From: Hemiscyllium ocellatum
Lineage: Eukaryota
Direction: 5' to 3'
Length of the DNA stretch: 64,000 nucleotides
NCBI RefSeq assembly: GCF_020745735.1
Contig: NC_083446.1
Coordinates: forward strand, 24,034,068 to 24,098,067
A program made the position numbers and the translations under genes. Positions 27,480-37,749 of this stretch are shown here, in pieces. The notes under the pieces are model-generated. The model had not been told where the DNA came from, did no database searches, and was given only the letters and a program-made list of their open reading frames with translations. Each line of letters starts with the position of its first letter. Within the stretch, counting starts at the first letter, position 1.

Positions 27480-28006
27480 TGTATGCCAATGTCTTAGTTA
27501 AAAATTTGAAGCAATCACAGCTCCAAACATTTGGCAAATATCACTGTGGATCTTCCTTGAATCCAAAAAAAATGTCCCTTTGATCAATGATTTCTAAAAT
27601 TTGCTCCCATATCTGTTCTGAAGGACGTTTTCAAATAACGTGAAGTGCAAATGGCTCACATCAGTCGGAATACAGTAACATTTCATATATTAACCCACAC
27701 AAAAAGAAAATCAAGCAAGTTTGTTGACACGAGTTGCTCTAAGCAAGTCTATGATGGACTGTTTTATCAAACAAAATCATTTCCAATGTTGTGAGGGCTC
27801 ATCTAACTTCTGTGCAATGGTTTGAATTTTGAGTCTGACCGCAGATGTAACTGGCTGCTCTGGGTAAAAGTACAGTTTGTGCCTTTCACATTGTTAATGT
27901 CAATTGCTGACTTTAGTTGAATAAAGTGATGTTGTCCCAAGCATCATCTGGCATCATTAATTAGACCATTAATTCCCACATCACTAGCCGGAGAGTCAGG
28001 TGGAGT
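27480..28006 (+). repeat. Left arm of a long inverted repeat
   Basis: Reverse complement of 29099-29625, e.g. GTACAGTTTGTGCCTTTC vs GAAAGGCACAAACTGTAC and CCCTTTGATCAATGATTTCTAAAA vs TTTTAGAAATCATTGATCAAAGGG. Confidence 0.85.
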
Positions 28007-29098
28007 GAATTGATCTCATTGAAACGAATGCTTGGAATATTTCCGGTATGAATCATGTGAATTAGAGCCTCTGAACGAGTCAAAGTAGGAAAGATGAGTT
28101 TAGAGTAGTAGAAAGTTTTCACGACAGAGAGAGATCACTTCACCCATTGCACCTGTATCATGTGAAGACAGAGCCTTCCAGCCAATACCACTTTATAGCA
28201 TGTTGTCCATAACCCTGCAGGTGATAGCACGGTAAACATTCAGGAACATTGTGTAGGGTCTAATCCATTATCAACATAGATATGATCTCCAATGCTGCAA
28301 ATCCTGGCTTATGGGGAAAAAGTGGGTGCAGAACTGTATCAATATTCAAACAGTTGGTACAGCCCTAAGGAGCTAAGAGGCCCATTTCTAAACGTTGTTT
28401 CTCAGGACATTTTGACTATTCTTGACTTAATATCATTGTAAAATGACATGAAAAAAAATGCAGAGATATGCCTCAGAAATGCTGACAGCAACATGCCTTT
28501 ATTCAGCCAAGATCAGCAACCTGAATTAAGAAAGTTTTTAAAAACTTTCTTTTAACTGATTATTGACAACACGGATTTCACAAAGTGGAAAGTACAGAGG
28601 GGAAGGGTGGAGGGGTGGGGGTGGGCGATGTTCACTATTCCCTGATGTCTGGTTGCGTTTGTGAGCAACAGATGAACCTGCGAACCAGATTCAGGGTGGT
28701 ACTGCAGGTATTTCATCAGATACTGTGTACACGGCATTCTCCCATAAATCAGCAATGACATGAACATTTTTTATGGTGTTTGAAGCGAACTAACATTGAA
28801 CAATATGGTGGGACAACTTGCTTTCCTTTCTTTGAACTAGTATCAAGGGACACTGTCTGTGGACCTTGAGTGGCAGGAGGATCTTTAACAGCAGAACGTG
28901 AGGGAACAGAACCACCGTTGGAAATCCAGATAGACTGGAACTTTTTTAATTGGAGGGTGAGAGTTCGGTGGGGGAGGGGTGGGGGTGACCTCATATAAGT
29001 TTATAAAGCCATGAGTGGAAAGGTGAATGACTCTAATTTACATGATTCATACTGGGAATGTACGAAGCTTTCGTTTCAAAAATATCACGTATCAATAA

Positions 29099-29625
29099 AC
29101 TCCACCTGATAGTCTGGCTAGTGATGTGGGAATAAATGGTCTAATTAATGGTGCCAGATGATGCCTGGGACAACATCAAATTTATTCAACTAAAGTCAGC
29201 AATATACATTAACAATTTGAAAGGCACAAACTGTACTTTTACCCAGAGCAGCCAGTTTCATCTGCAGTCAGACACAACTTAAAATTCAGACCATTGCACA
29301 GGAGATAGACGAGCCCCCACAACACTGGAAATGATTTTGTTTGATAAAAGAATCCATCATAGACTTCCTCAGAGCAATTCGCGTCAACAAATTTGCTTGT
29401 TTTTTGTGTGGGGTAGCACACGGAATGTTACTTTAATCCGATTGATGTGAACCATTTGCACTGCCGAAGTTATTTTAAAACGTCCTTCACAACAGATATG
29501 CGAGTACATTTTAGAAATCATTGATCAAAGGGGGCAATCTTTTTTGGACTCAAGGAAGATCCATATTTTGTAAATACTTGGAGTTAGGATTGTTTTCAAT
29601 TTTTGACGCAGACATTGGCGTATTT
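29099..29625 (-). repeat. Right arm of a long inverted repeat
   Basis: See 27480-28006; about 1.1 kb spacer between the arms. Confidence 0.85.
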
Positions 29626-29925
29626 TCCCTGTGGTGGGGGATTTCAACAATAGGAACATGTTTTTACAATGAGAGGAGAAAAAATAAAAAAAAGATATCA
29701 GAGACAACTTTTTACACAGAGAATGGTTTGTGTGTGGGATGATTTGGCGGTGGATGCTTACAACGTGTAGAAGACATTTGGGTAAGTAAATGAATATCAA
29801 ATATTTGGAAGGATATGGGCCAAGTACACACATGTGGGATTAGTTTAGTGTAGGATTATGACTGGCATGGACTGGTTGGACCGAAGTGTCTGTAACCACG
29901 CTGTATCACTCCATGACTCTGTGAC
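29625..29925 (+). mobile_element. CR1 3' end fragment
   Basis: Typical CR1 3' UTR ending GACTCCATGACTCTGTGACT-like tail, as at about 7790. Confidence 0.65.
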
Positions 29926-31133
29926 TATTTATCATTTTTTCTCAATATTGAGCAGTGCTGTAGTGATCCTTGAATGAACTGTTGATGTTCAGGTTGTGTC
30001 TGAAATTCTGCGAATATTTCCTTCAATGAGAGGAGGGACTAGTTCTCCAGGTTACACAACTGAAAATAAACTTTTCTCCAGCATTGTTGCTGAGTAGATT
30101 TGTTTCTGCAGAGGCAGTGGTTATGGTTGACAGTTTGCTTTCCACCAACTGGTCATCAGTGAGACAAAATATCTTTGATCCACTGCAGAAACTCCACCTG
30201 CTTCCAGTAAATGAAACTGGGAACTCAAAAACCTTTTCCACAGTCAGCTTAATTGCTGCCAACTATTGTATCTGGCCGATTAAAGGGAAAATGAATCAAC
30301 TAAAGTAAAATCCTACCAAACAAACTATATTTCCCCATTTACTCACAATAGATACATTTCACTTGGCATTTCTTCTTTATAAAGGAAAGTCAATGGATAC
30401 AGCATTCACTGTATGACTATCAGAAACAGGACATTGAATGCAGTGACGTTCTGATTCGTTCAGCCTGTTTGTTGAGTATCTTTAAATCTCCTGAATATGA
30501 AGTTAATGGATCCAAAATCCCACATTGCAGTAATATTTGTTATCATCTCAAAGTAAGTTAATAAACTTGAATTGGTTCAAACTCACATCACTTGCTGCAC
30601 CATTCTCTGATTCATGCATCTCATTAAAACTGAGTGGGCCCTTTATACATGGTTAATACTGGGGTAGTGTAACCGCGAATTTTTGCTGATTTTTATGAGT
30701 TAACCCCCTTGTCAGAGCTATCAGTGAGCAGAGAAATGTACTGTTTATGACCTACATCCGTGGTAATGATTATGGTATTACTCTCTAATTTAACCAAACA
30801 CTCCTGGTGTACTCAGACAGTTACCTGCAATGATTTAGATGTTGAGGATTTAAAAAATAACTTATGGACTGTCCTGTTCTAGTTCATTAGATACTCTTTC
30901 AGAAGTTTACCTAGGTGTCATGTATCACTGTCAACTCACTTTTTGTTTCTCCGGCACACAGCTTTCCTTTACTGTGCATTTTAGGGTCGGAGCAATTTGG
31001 AAAAAAAGATGCAGGGAGAGACATTCTGCAATGTAAAGAGGTGCTTCTAATCTCCGGGTCCAAACTGTTTAGTGACACGCACTTACATTCTGAACATAAT
31101 CCCTTCAGACATGCTTCATATTATGTTGGCTAA

Positions 31134-31548
31134 ATTGAATTTAGAAACGCAGATTAGTGATGGTATGTTATTTTGTAATGTGAGAGAGACTTTGAGTGAC
31201 AGCAAAAATAAAGTCACTCATTTTGTTGGCTAATAATATTATTGAAGTTCACTTTAGCTTTATCTGCTTGTGGTTGAATGTAGGATGAAAGGGAGTTAAG
31301 TTCTAATTGAATATTCTAAATATAATCACTTTGGACACGCTCTGTATTCAGTTGTCTAAATTGAATTTGAAATGTTCAGTATGAATTATGTTATTTTGTA
31401 GTGGGACAGAAACTTTCAGTGTCCAGGGGGAAAAAAAAGCTGAATTGTTTTACTAGCTGGTAATATGTTTGAACTTTGATTTTAGTTTTATCTGCTTGTA
31501 AATGAATGTAGAAATAAAGGGAGCCAACTTCCAATTGAATTTTTTTTA
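31134..31548 (+). repeat. Diverged tandem duplication (~225 bp unit) upstream of VH
   Basis: ATTGAATTT..TATGTTATTTTGTA..ACTTT.AGTG..TTTATCTGCTTGT..TGAATGTAG..AAAGGGAG..AATTGAAT occurs at 31134-31320 and again at 31360-31548. Confidence 0.7.
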
Positions 31549-31690
31549 AGCAAAATACTTGCAACGATCATGTGATACAGACCTGGAGTTACTCAATTTT
31601 ACTTCCACCATTTAAAAAAAAATCTTCCAAAGGACCTATCCAGCAAAATAAATATCTCAAGATGTGTATATGTCCATGTTTAAACATAAC

Positions 31691-31816
31691 CTCATGTAAA
31701 TACATGAGCCCCTGTGCTCGGGCTGTGTGAGCTGATACCAGGATTCAGTCTCAGACTCCAGCAGGAAACCAACAGGTGGAAACTGTAAGCCTGCCCTTTC
31801 CGATGGCCATATAAAT
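31691..31816 (+). promoter_or_regulatory. IgH V promoter
   Basis: TATAAA 31810-31815 about 90 nt before the ATG; E-box CAGGTG 31773-31778; Ets-like CAGGAAAC at about 31762-31769; octamer variant ATGTAAAT 31694-31701 inside an 8+8 palindrome. Confidence 0.6.
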
Positions 31817-31902
31817 CCTGGGCACTAGACCGTAATTCAACATTCCTGGGTCGGCTTTGTTTAGAAAGATCTTGACAGAACCGCTTCCCAGAAGTTATCA
31901 GA

Positions 31903-31951
31903 ATGATTGAGTCGACAATTTTTCTCAGGTTGTTGCTGACTTTCTTATCAT
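31903..31951 (+). CDS. IGHV: IgH leader exon (MIESTIFLRLLLTFLS)
   Basis: ATG at 31903, hydrophobic signal peptide, phase-1 donor T|GTGAGT at 31951/31952; joins the V exon as C-V-Q-S|EIVL. Confidence 0.9.
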
Positions 31952-32079
31952 GTGAGTGTTTTTTGTTCAAGTCTCTCTTTGTTACTTTCTCAATGTTAGT
32001 CTACCGCAGGAATGTAAAACACTCAGCCATCATTTCATCAGCATTAATGCTCATGGGTTATTTGTTTTCTTTTTTAAAG

Positions 32080-32384
32080 GTGTCCAGTCGGAGATTGTTT
32101 TGATTCAGCCAGAGGCAGAGACTGGCCATCCCGCAGGCAGCCTGAAACTGACCTGGAAAACCAGCGGCTTCGATCTTGGCAGCAGCTACATGCACTGGGT
32201 CCGCCAGGTTCCCGGACAGGGTCTGGAGTGGCTGCCGTACTACTATAATTCAAACAGCAATAACTATGCACCAGCGATTAAGGATCGATTTACTGCGTCC
32301 AAAGACACTTCAAACAACATTTTCGCGTTGGACATGGGGAACCTGAAGGTCGAAGACACCGCCATCTATTACTGTGCAAGAGAC
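32080..32384 (+). pseudogene. IGHV: IgM VH segment with Cys22->Trp
   Basis: Acceptor TTTTTAAAG|G; [47 protein letters not shown]...[10 protein letters not shown]; open frame, but TGG at 32154-32156 replaces the first canonical Cys. Confidence 0.93.
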
Positions 32385-32423
32385 CACAGCGAGAGGAACC
32401 AGGGCTATACCCGTTCATAAACA
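32385..32423 (+). other. VH 23-bp-spacer recombination signal
   Basis: Heptamer CACAGCG 32385-32391, 23-nt spacer, nonamer TCATAAACA 32415-32423 (6/9 to ACAAAAACC). Confidence 0.85.
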
Positions 32424-32783
32424 GCTCGAGGGAACATTTTGTCAATTCCATCATAAACTGACGGTCAGTACGAGTTTTAATTGCAATTATATCAACTGCG
32501 ATCTGAAGCAGACCTCAGGCTGCCTCTTACAAAACTATCAAAGAGGAACTGTACCATTTAAAATACCAAACTGGTGACACAACGGGACAATGTTTTGGGC
32601 ATGTCATATGTACTGCTAACACTTCCATCAATTAAATGCTCGGACAAAATGTTAGTTTTAATATATCTGACAGCTCAGGAAATCACTGCTAATTGTTATA
32701 TCAACTCTGACATTATTTCTAAACATGATCAGTACTAAATGGCTACTTCAAATGAAAATTGAGACCTTGAGTAAAGAACAGAG

Positions 32784-32863
32784 AATGACTGTGCTGGTCT
32801 ACATCATTGTGATGCTACAGTGGGTCACAGTGTTGTGCATTGCGGCATTCTCATATAATAACC
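32784..32863 (+). other. IGHD: DH1 segment (ATGCTACAGTGGGT, 32812-32825) with 12/22 RSS
   Basis: 5' heptamer CATTGTG 32805-32811 with a weak nonamer AATGACTGT at 12-nt spacing; 3' CACAGTG 32826-32832, 22-nt spacer, ATAATAACC 32855-32863. Confidence 0.85.
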
Positions 32864-33164
32864 ACCAACAAGGATTTATCTCAAATTGGTGATTTCTACC
32901 GTGGCAGGAGCGAGAAATAATGTGAGATGCAATTTAAACACAATCCAGTCGTGCTAGTTTGTACAAATGTATAATTTTTTTCTACCTTCTTCGTGTTGAT
33001 TGACAAGCTAAATGCAGACCAAACCTGGAAAAGTATTCCAAGCTTTCAAAATAAAATGAATAGTTAAAGCTGAAATAATGCAGAGTCATTTTTAGAGGAG
33101 TCTGAATCACTGCTTTCTAGGAAGTGATGAAATTATCTGCATTTTACAGTTTACAGTCTGTCAT

Positions 33165-33244
33165 AGTATTTGAAACAACGTGTCTCACAGTGATATACTA
33201 TCTTGATTACTGGGGCCAAGGGACCATGGTGACTGTGACTTCAG
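33165..33244 (+). other. IGHJ: JH segment with a 12-spacer RSS and D2-like 5' bases: probable germline-joined D2-JH (33193-33244)
   Basis: AGTATTTGA (33165-33173)-12 nt-CACAGTG (33186-33192)-ATATACTATCTTGATTACTGGGGCCAAGGGACCATGGTGACTGTGACTTCAG|GTAAGA = IYYLDYWGQGTMVTVTS. No separate D2 and no 22/23-RSS found between D1 and J. Confidence 0.8.
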
Positions 33245-33764
33245 GTAAGACCCTTGAATTTTCTTGGTGACTTTTTAAAAACTTTCTATTCATGTGACTA
33301 ATCTCTGAATTAAATGAAACTCAGATTCTGTGCTGAGATTGGTTTGGTTCGGATTGATTATTGTTCAGACTGATTATAGACTTCAGTAAAGGCTCAGCAA
33401 ATAGTTAAAATGGTGATAATGGAGACAGTTGCTCAGTGTATCTTTTTTGATCAGGTGGGCTTTGTATGTGGCTGGGTTACTTGAAACACCTTATGTCTCT
33501 TAATCAGTCAGGTATAAATAATGCTTAATGTCAGTGACACACTGACTGTGAGTTTTATTATCAACAACAAATGCTAATAATTTAAAGATGTGCGATATAT
33601 TACCAGACATGATTAAAATATGCTAAAATGTCATTATTCATTTTTTGAAAAGATTCAATGTATACATAATGCACTTACCATGATTATATTTTCTCATTTA
33701 TTTTGTTAATTTTGTTGATGACAAGCAGGTTAGAAACTGTCATAAAATTTTCTTGCGGCGCTAT

Positions 33765-34020
33765 ATTGCATTCTGTTGATTCGATTCTGAAACTGTTTTA
33801 CTTGATTCTGTTGAACTGTGTTGATTGGATTCTGACTTTGTTTTTACTTGGTTTTGTTAAATTGCATTGATTGGCTTTTGAAATGGTTTTATTTAATTCC
33901 GTTGAATGGAATTGGTTGGATTCTGATTATGTTTCATTTAAATCTGTTGTTTTGAGTTGATTGGATTCTGATTTTATTTTTCTTGATTCTGTTGAATTGT
34001 GTTGATTAAATTCTTATTCA
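33765..34020 (+). repeat. Degenerate ~46-bp tandem repeat in the J-Cmu intron
   Basis: About 6 units like TTGATTCTGTTGAACTGTGTTGATTGGATTCTGACTTTGTTTTTAC (33802-33847). Confidence 0.75.
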
Positions 34021-35616
34021 GTTTGTGGAATTGATCTGCGTTTTCATGCTTTCTGTAATCGGTGTTTTCTTTCTGTTGAGGAAATTGTCTCTGTGGATGA
34101 CATTTCATTACCAATATTGTGAAGTTCTTCGTTTTTAATGAATCATTTCTGCATTTGTTAAACTCATATGACATTTTTCTGCGCTTGATGGAAAACAATG
34201 CATCCGTTTGTAACGGTCTAAAAAGCAATTGTAGGCAGAAACACGGAAGTGAGAGAAATGAAAAAACGTTTTTAATGCATTGACTTTTTAAAAATAATCT
34301 CAGTTCTAATTGTAAACTAACTCAATTTTGTTTTGAGTAGCCTCATTCAAAATAAAATTTGGGACTAAAATCTGAAACTGCAGAATTGATCAGATTACGT
34401 AATTTACACTAATTTATAATTATAATGTGGTAACATTTGTCCATTCAAGTAATTTTGTTTTGACCTTGAAGTGGTTAATCAATATATGCCTTCAACTGTT
34501 CTACTGTGCGCTGTAGAAGATTTCATGATCAGGAAGGGTGTACAGGTTGGAAATAAATTGAACGGTTGCAGGAAATGTTACAGCTTTAAATGTTAAGTCC
34601 CCTCACAAACAAGGTTGCTGTTGTGACTTGTTATTTCTATTCAATTTAATCATTAGTTTGTTGGATTCTGAGCAGCTTTGTTAGATTTCAATTTGAGTTT
34701 GTTTTTGTGAAGTTACATCATGTTCTCGATTCTGTTGAAAATGTTTGCAGAGCTAGTTCTGCTGCAAACACATCGTGTTGTGATTTGGTGAACTTTGCTC
34801 TGTTGAGAAGGGACTGTGACTAGGTAACATTAAATGTGTTATATTGGGGAAACCGTATCTGGTTTCTACATTGCTTTTGCAATGTTAACGTGGTTGGTGA
34901 CAGTGAACCGCTCCAGTTTCCTCATTCAATGCAACCAGCGAGTTGAAATTTCTTCAAGCCTAATATTAAGTGAAAGGCAAATCGCAAAGATTTTGGAAAT
35001 GAAGGGAAAACAGATATCTTCGGATGCAAACTTTACTTAGAAGTAATAATTAAGGATTAATCTAATCCATGCGTTACAATCCACATTCAGAACTCAACTA
35101 TCTAGTCCATTCACAAGGTTTGTCTTTAAATAGTTTACAAGTCATAGAGAAATATAAATAGAATTTCAAAAGTATAATATTCTAATAGTTCTTGCTCTTC
35201 AGCAAAAATGCCATGACTGTGCTATAATTGATCCAGAAACACCTTTCAATTCCGCTGTACACTGCATACAATTTTTCTGGCTGGAAAAGATCGTTGGCAA
35301 TGACCATTTGGAAATTGTACTCGATTCGATGAAGAGCAAATCAGTTTCACTGCTTTGATCAGTTTCACAAGTAACTTGAGTTAATTTATTGTTATGTCCC
35401 TGATTAAACTGGATTCGCAGGGTAAAAATAAAACATTAACTGAATTATTTAATCTGCACAATGCTTTAGGTGTTCCTAATCCGTGCATTTTAAATAAATA
35501 GTTACATTTTACAACAAAGTATCAACTGAAAAGTCATTCTTTCGGAAACAACTGCTATAGTGAATTATGTGACCAAGGCCAAATTTTGAATTAATTAAAA
35601 TAATCATGACCTCGCA

Positions 35617-35892
35617 GGGCAGCATGGTGGCTCAGTGGTTGGCACTGCTGCCTCACAGCGCCAGGGTCCCAAATTTGATTCCACCCTCGGGTGACTATCT
35701 GCGTGGAGTTTGCACATTCTCCCTGTGTCTGCGAAGGTTTACTCTGGGTGCTCCAGTTTGCTACCACAGTCCAAAGATGTACAGTTCTGTATTGAACAAT
35801 TTAGCACAGTGTGCAGGGATGTGTAGGTTAGGGTGCGTTATTCAGGAGTAAATATAGGATGGGGGAATGCGCTACTTACTGTTCGGAGGGTC
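35617..35892 (+). mobile_element. HE1-like SINE
   Basis: GGGCAGCATGGTGGCTCAGTGGTTGGC head and conserved core. Confidence 0.8.
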
Positions 35893-36126
35893 ATTAAACC
35901 ATTGGAGTGCTTGCTGCAAACCCAGAGAATGTATGTTTTATCGATATGTTCAGAAATATGCATCGTTCACAAATTTGCAGAAGACATGAACCAGGGGATA
36001 ACATAGCACATTGTTTATTCAAACACTGAAAATAGAGTAATACATCTTTTAATTAACATACTTGACCGATTATTGCAATGCAGTAATCTGAAGGAGACTG
36101 CTCACATTAGTTAAGTGTGAGGATCG

Positions 36127-36690
36127 TTTAGATTAGATATCCTGCTGTATGTATCGGGCCATTTGGCCCAACACGTCGATACCAATCCTCTGAAGTGTCA
36201 CCCACCCAGACCGATTCCCCTACCCTCTCTTTACCCCTGACTAATGCACCTAACACTATGGACAATATAGAATGACCAACTCACCTGATGTGCACATCTT
36301 TGGATTTTGGGAGGAAACACACACAGACATAGGGGAGAATGTGTGGACTCCACACAGACAGTCACCCGAGGCTGGAACCGAGCCCTGGTTACCTGGTTCT
36401 GTGAGACAGCAATGCTGTTCACTAAACCAGTAAGTAAAAAGTGAGGTCTGCAGATGCTGGAGATCAGAGCTGAAAATGTATTGCTGGTTAAAGCACAGCA
36501 GGTTAGGCAGCATCCAAGGAACGGGAAATTCGACGTTTCGGGCCAGAGCGCTTCATCAGGAAGGGCTTTGTTTCCTGATGAAGAGCTCTGGCCCGAAACG
36601 TCGAATTTCCTGTTCCTTGGATGCTGCCTAACTGCTGTGCTTTAACCAGCAACACATTTTCAGCTCTCCACTAAACCACCGCACTGCCCA
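36127..36690 (-). mobile_element. HE1-like SINE split by a palindromic PLE mini-element
   Basis: Tail at 36127, core 36250-36420; the SINE 5' end (rc GGGCAGTGCGGTGG) resumes at 36679-36690 after the insertion. Confidence 0.8.
36430..36668. mobile_element. Palindromic twin-hammerhead PLE mini-element, 10-bp TSD
   Basis: TSD CACTAAACCA 36420-36429 / 36669-36678; + core CTGATGA 36575-36581..GAAAC GTC 36595-36602; - core TCATCAG 36553-36559..GAC GTTTC 36532-36539. Confidence 0.85.
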
Positions 36691-37430
36691 CATCCATTAA
36701 AGCGAGCACCTTCTTACAGAAGCATGTTTTGAATTCATACCTTTTCAAAACATTTTCGATCATTCAAAGCAACTAACAAGAAAATGAACTTGCCCTAATT
36801 TCTTCAAAAGAAATGCATTTCCACACTGGAATGCAGTATTGACTTTATGCAGTGCATGCAAAATCTCCACAGTTCAAGAAATGTTTTAAGAATATGTTAA
36901 AATAATTTAGAAAATAGTCCATTTCCTCTGGATCTGTGCTTTAATTGGCGATATATCCCACCTCAATAATTTTGTTTATTACAATGGCTTATTAATTTAT
37001 TAACTCAGTGGTTATCTATGTTCATTGTAAACACATTCTCATTCACATTAATCCTCTGGTTAGTTCCTACAATGAATGGTTAATTACAGTGAATATATTT
37101 GATGTGAGGAATTGAGGAGATGCTAGGGTTAAGTCTGTTGTATAGCTTGTTTCAGTGCTATCTCCAACTAACTTGGATACCCGTCCTGACCACTTGTAAA
37201 TTGTCCAGTTCGGATAGCTGAATCTCAGACAGTTCAATTTCATCTCGCGCTTCAAAACCACTTTTATCTGCCAGATATGCAATAATCGATTAGGTGCCTC
37301 AGAATTGAGAGCCCTGACTAAGTTGCTCCAATCAGAACGACATTTCAGGAATAAAAGGCAGATTGCAAGAGTTTTGAAATTTGTTGTTGGCAACAACAGA
37401 TATTTAATTGAGCGAAGCAGAGGGAATTTT

Positions 37431-37749
37431 TTAGATTTGTTTGTAGGTTACTTACAGTGTGGAAACAGGCCCTTCGGCCCAACAAGTCCAAACCAACCCT
37501 CCGAAGCGCAACCCACCCTTACCCCGACATTTACCCCTTCACCTAACACTACGGGAAATTTCGCATGGCCAATTCACCTAACCTGCACATTTTTGGACTG
37601 TGGGAGGAAACCGGAGCACCGGAGGAAACCCACGCAGACACGGGGAGAATGTGCAAACTCCACACAGAAAGTCACCTGAGGCGGGAATTGAACCCTAGTC
37701 TCTGGCGCTGTGAGGCAGCAGTGCTAACCACTGTACCACCAGGCCGCCC
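37431..37749 (-). mobile_element. HE1-like SINE
   Basis: Reverse complement of the SINE consensus seen at 2835 and 21650. Confidence 0.85.

Noticed and set aside
30023-30310. Minus-strand 79-aa ORF and exon-like segment upstream of VH
   Set aside because: No recognisable domain, stops in the alternative frames and no convincing splice pair.
32870-33160. Search for a separate D2 or a 22/23-spacer J RSS
   Set aside because: No heptamer-flanked segment found; candidate nonamers at 22/23 spacing from the 33186 heptamer (AGTCTGTCA, CAGTCTGTC) are poor matches.
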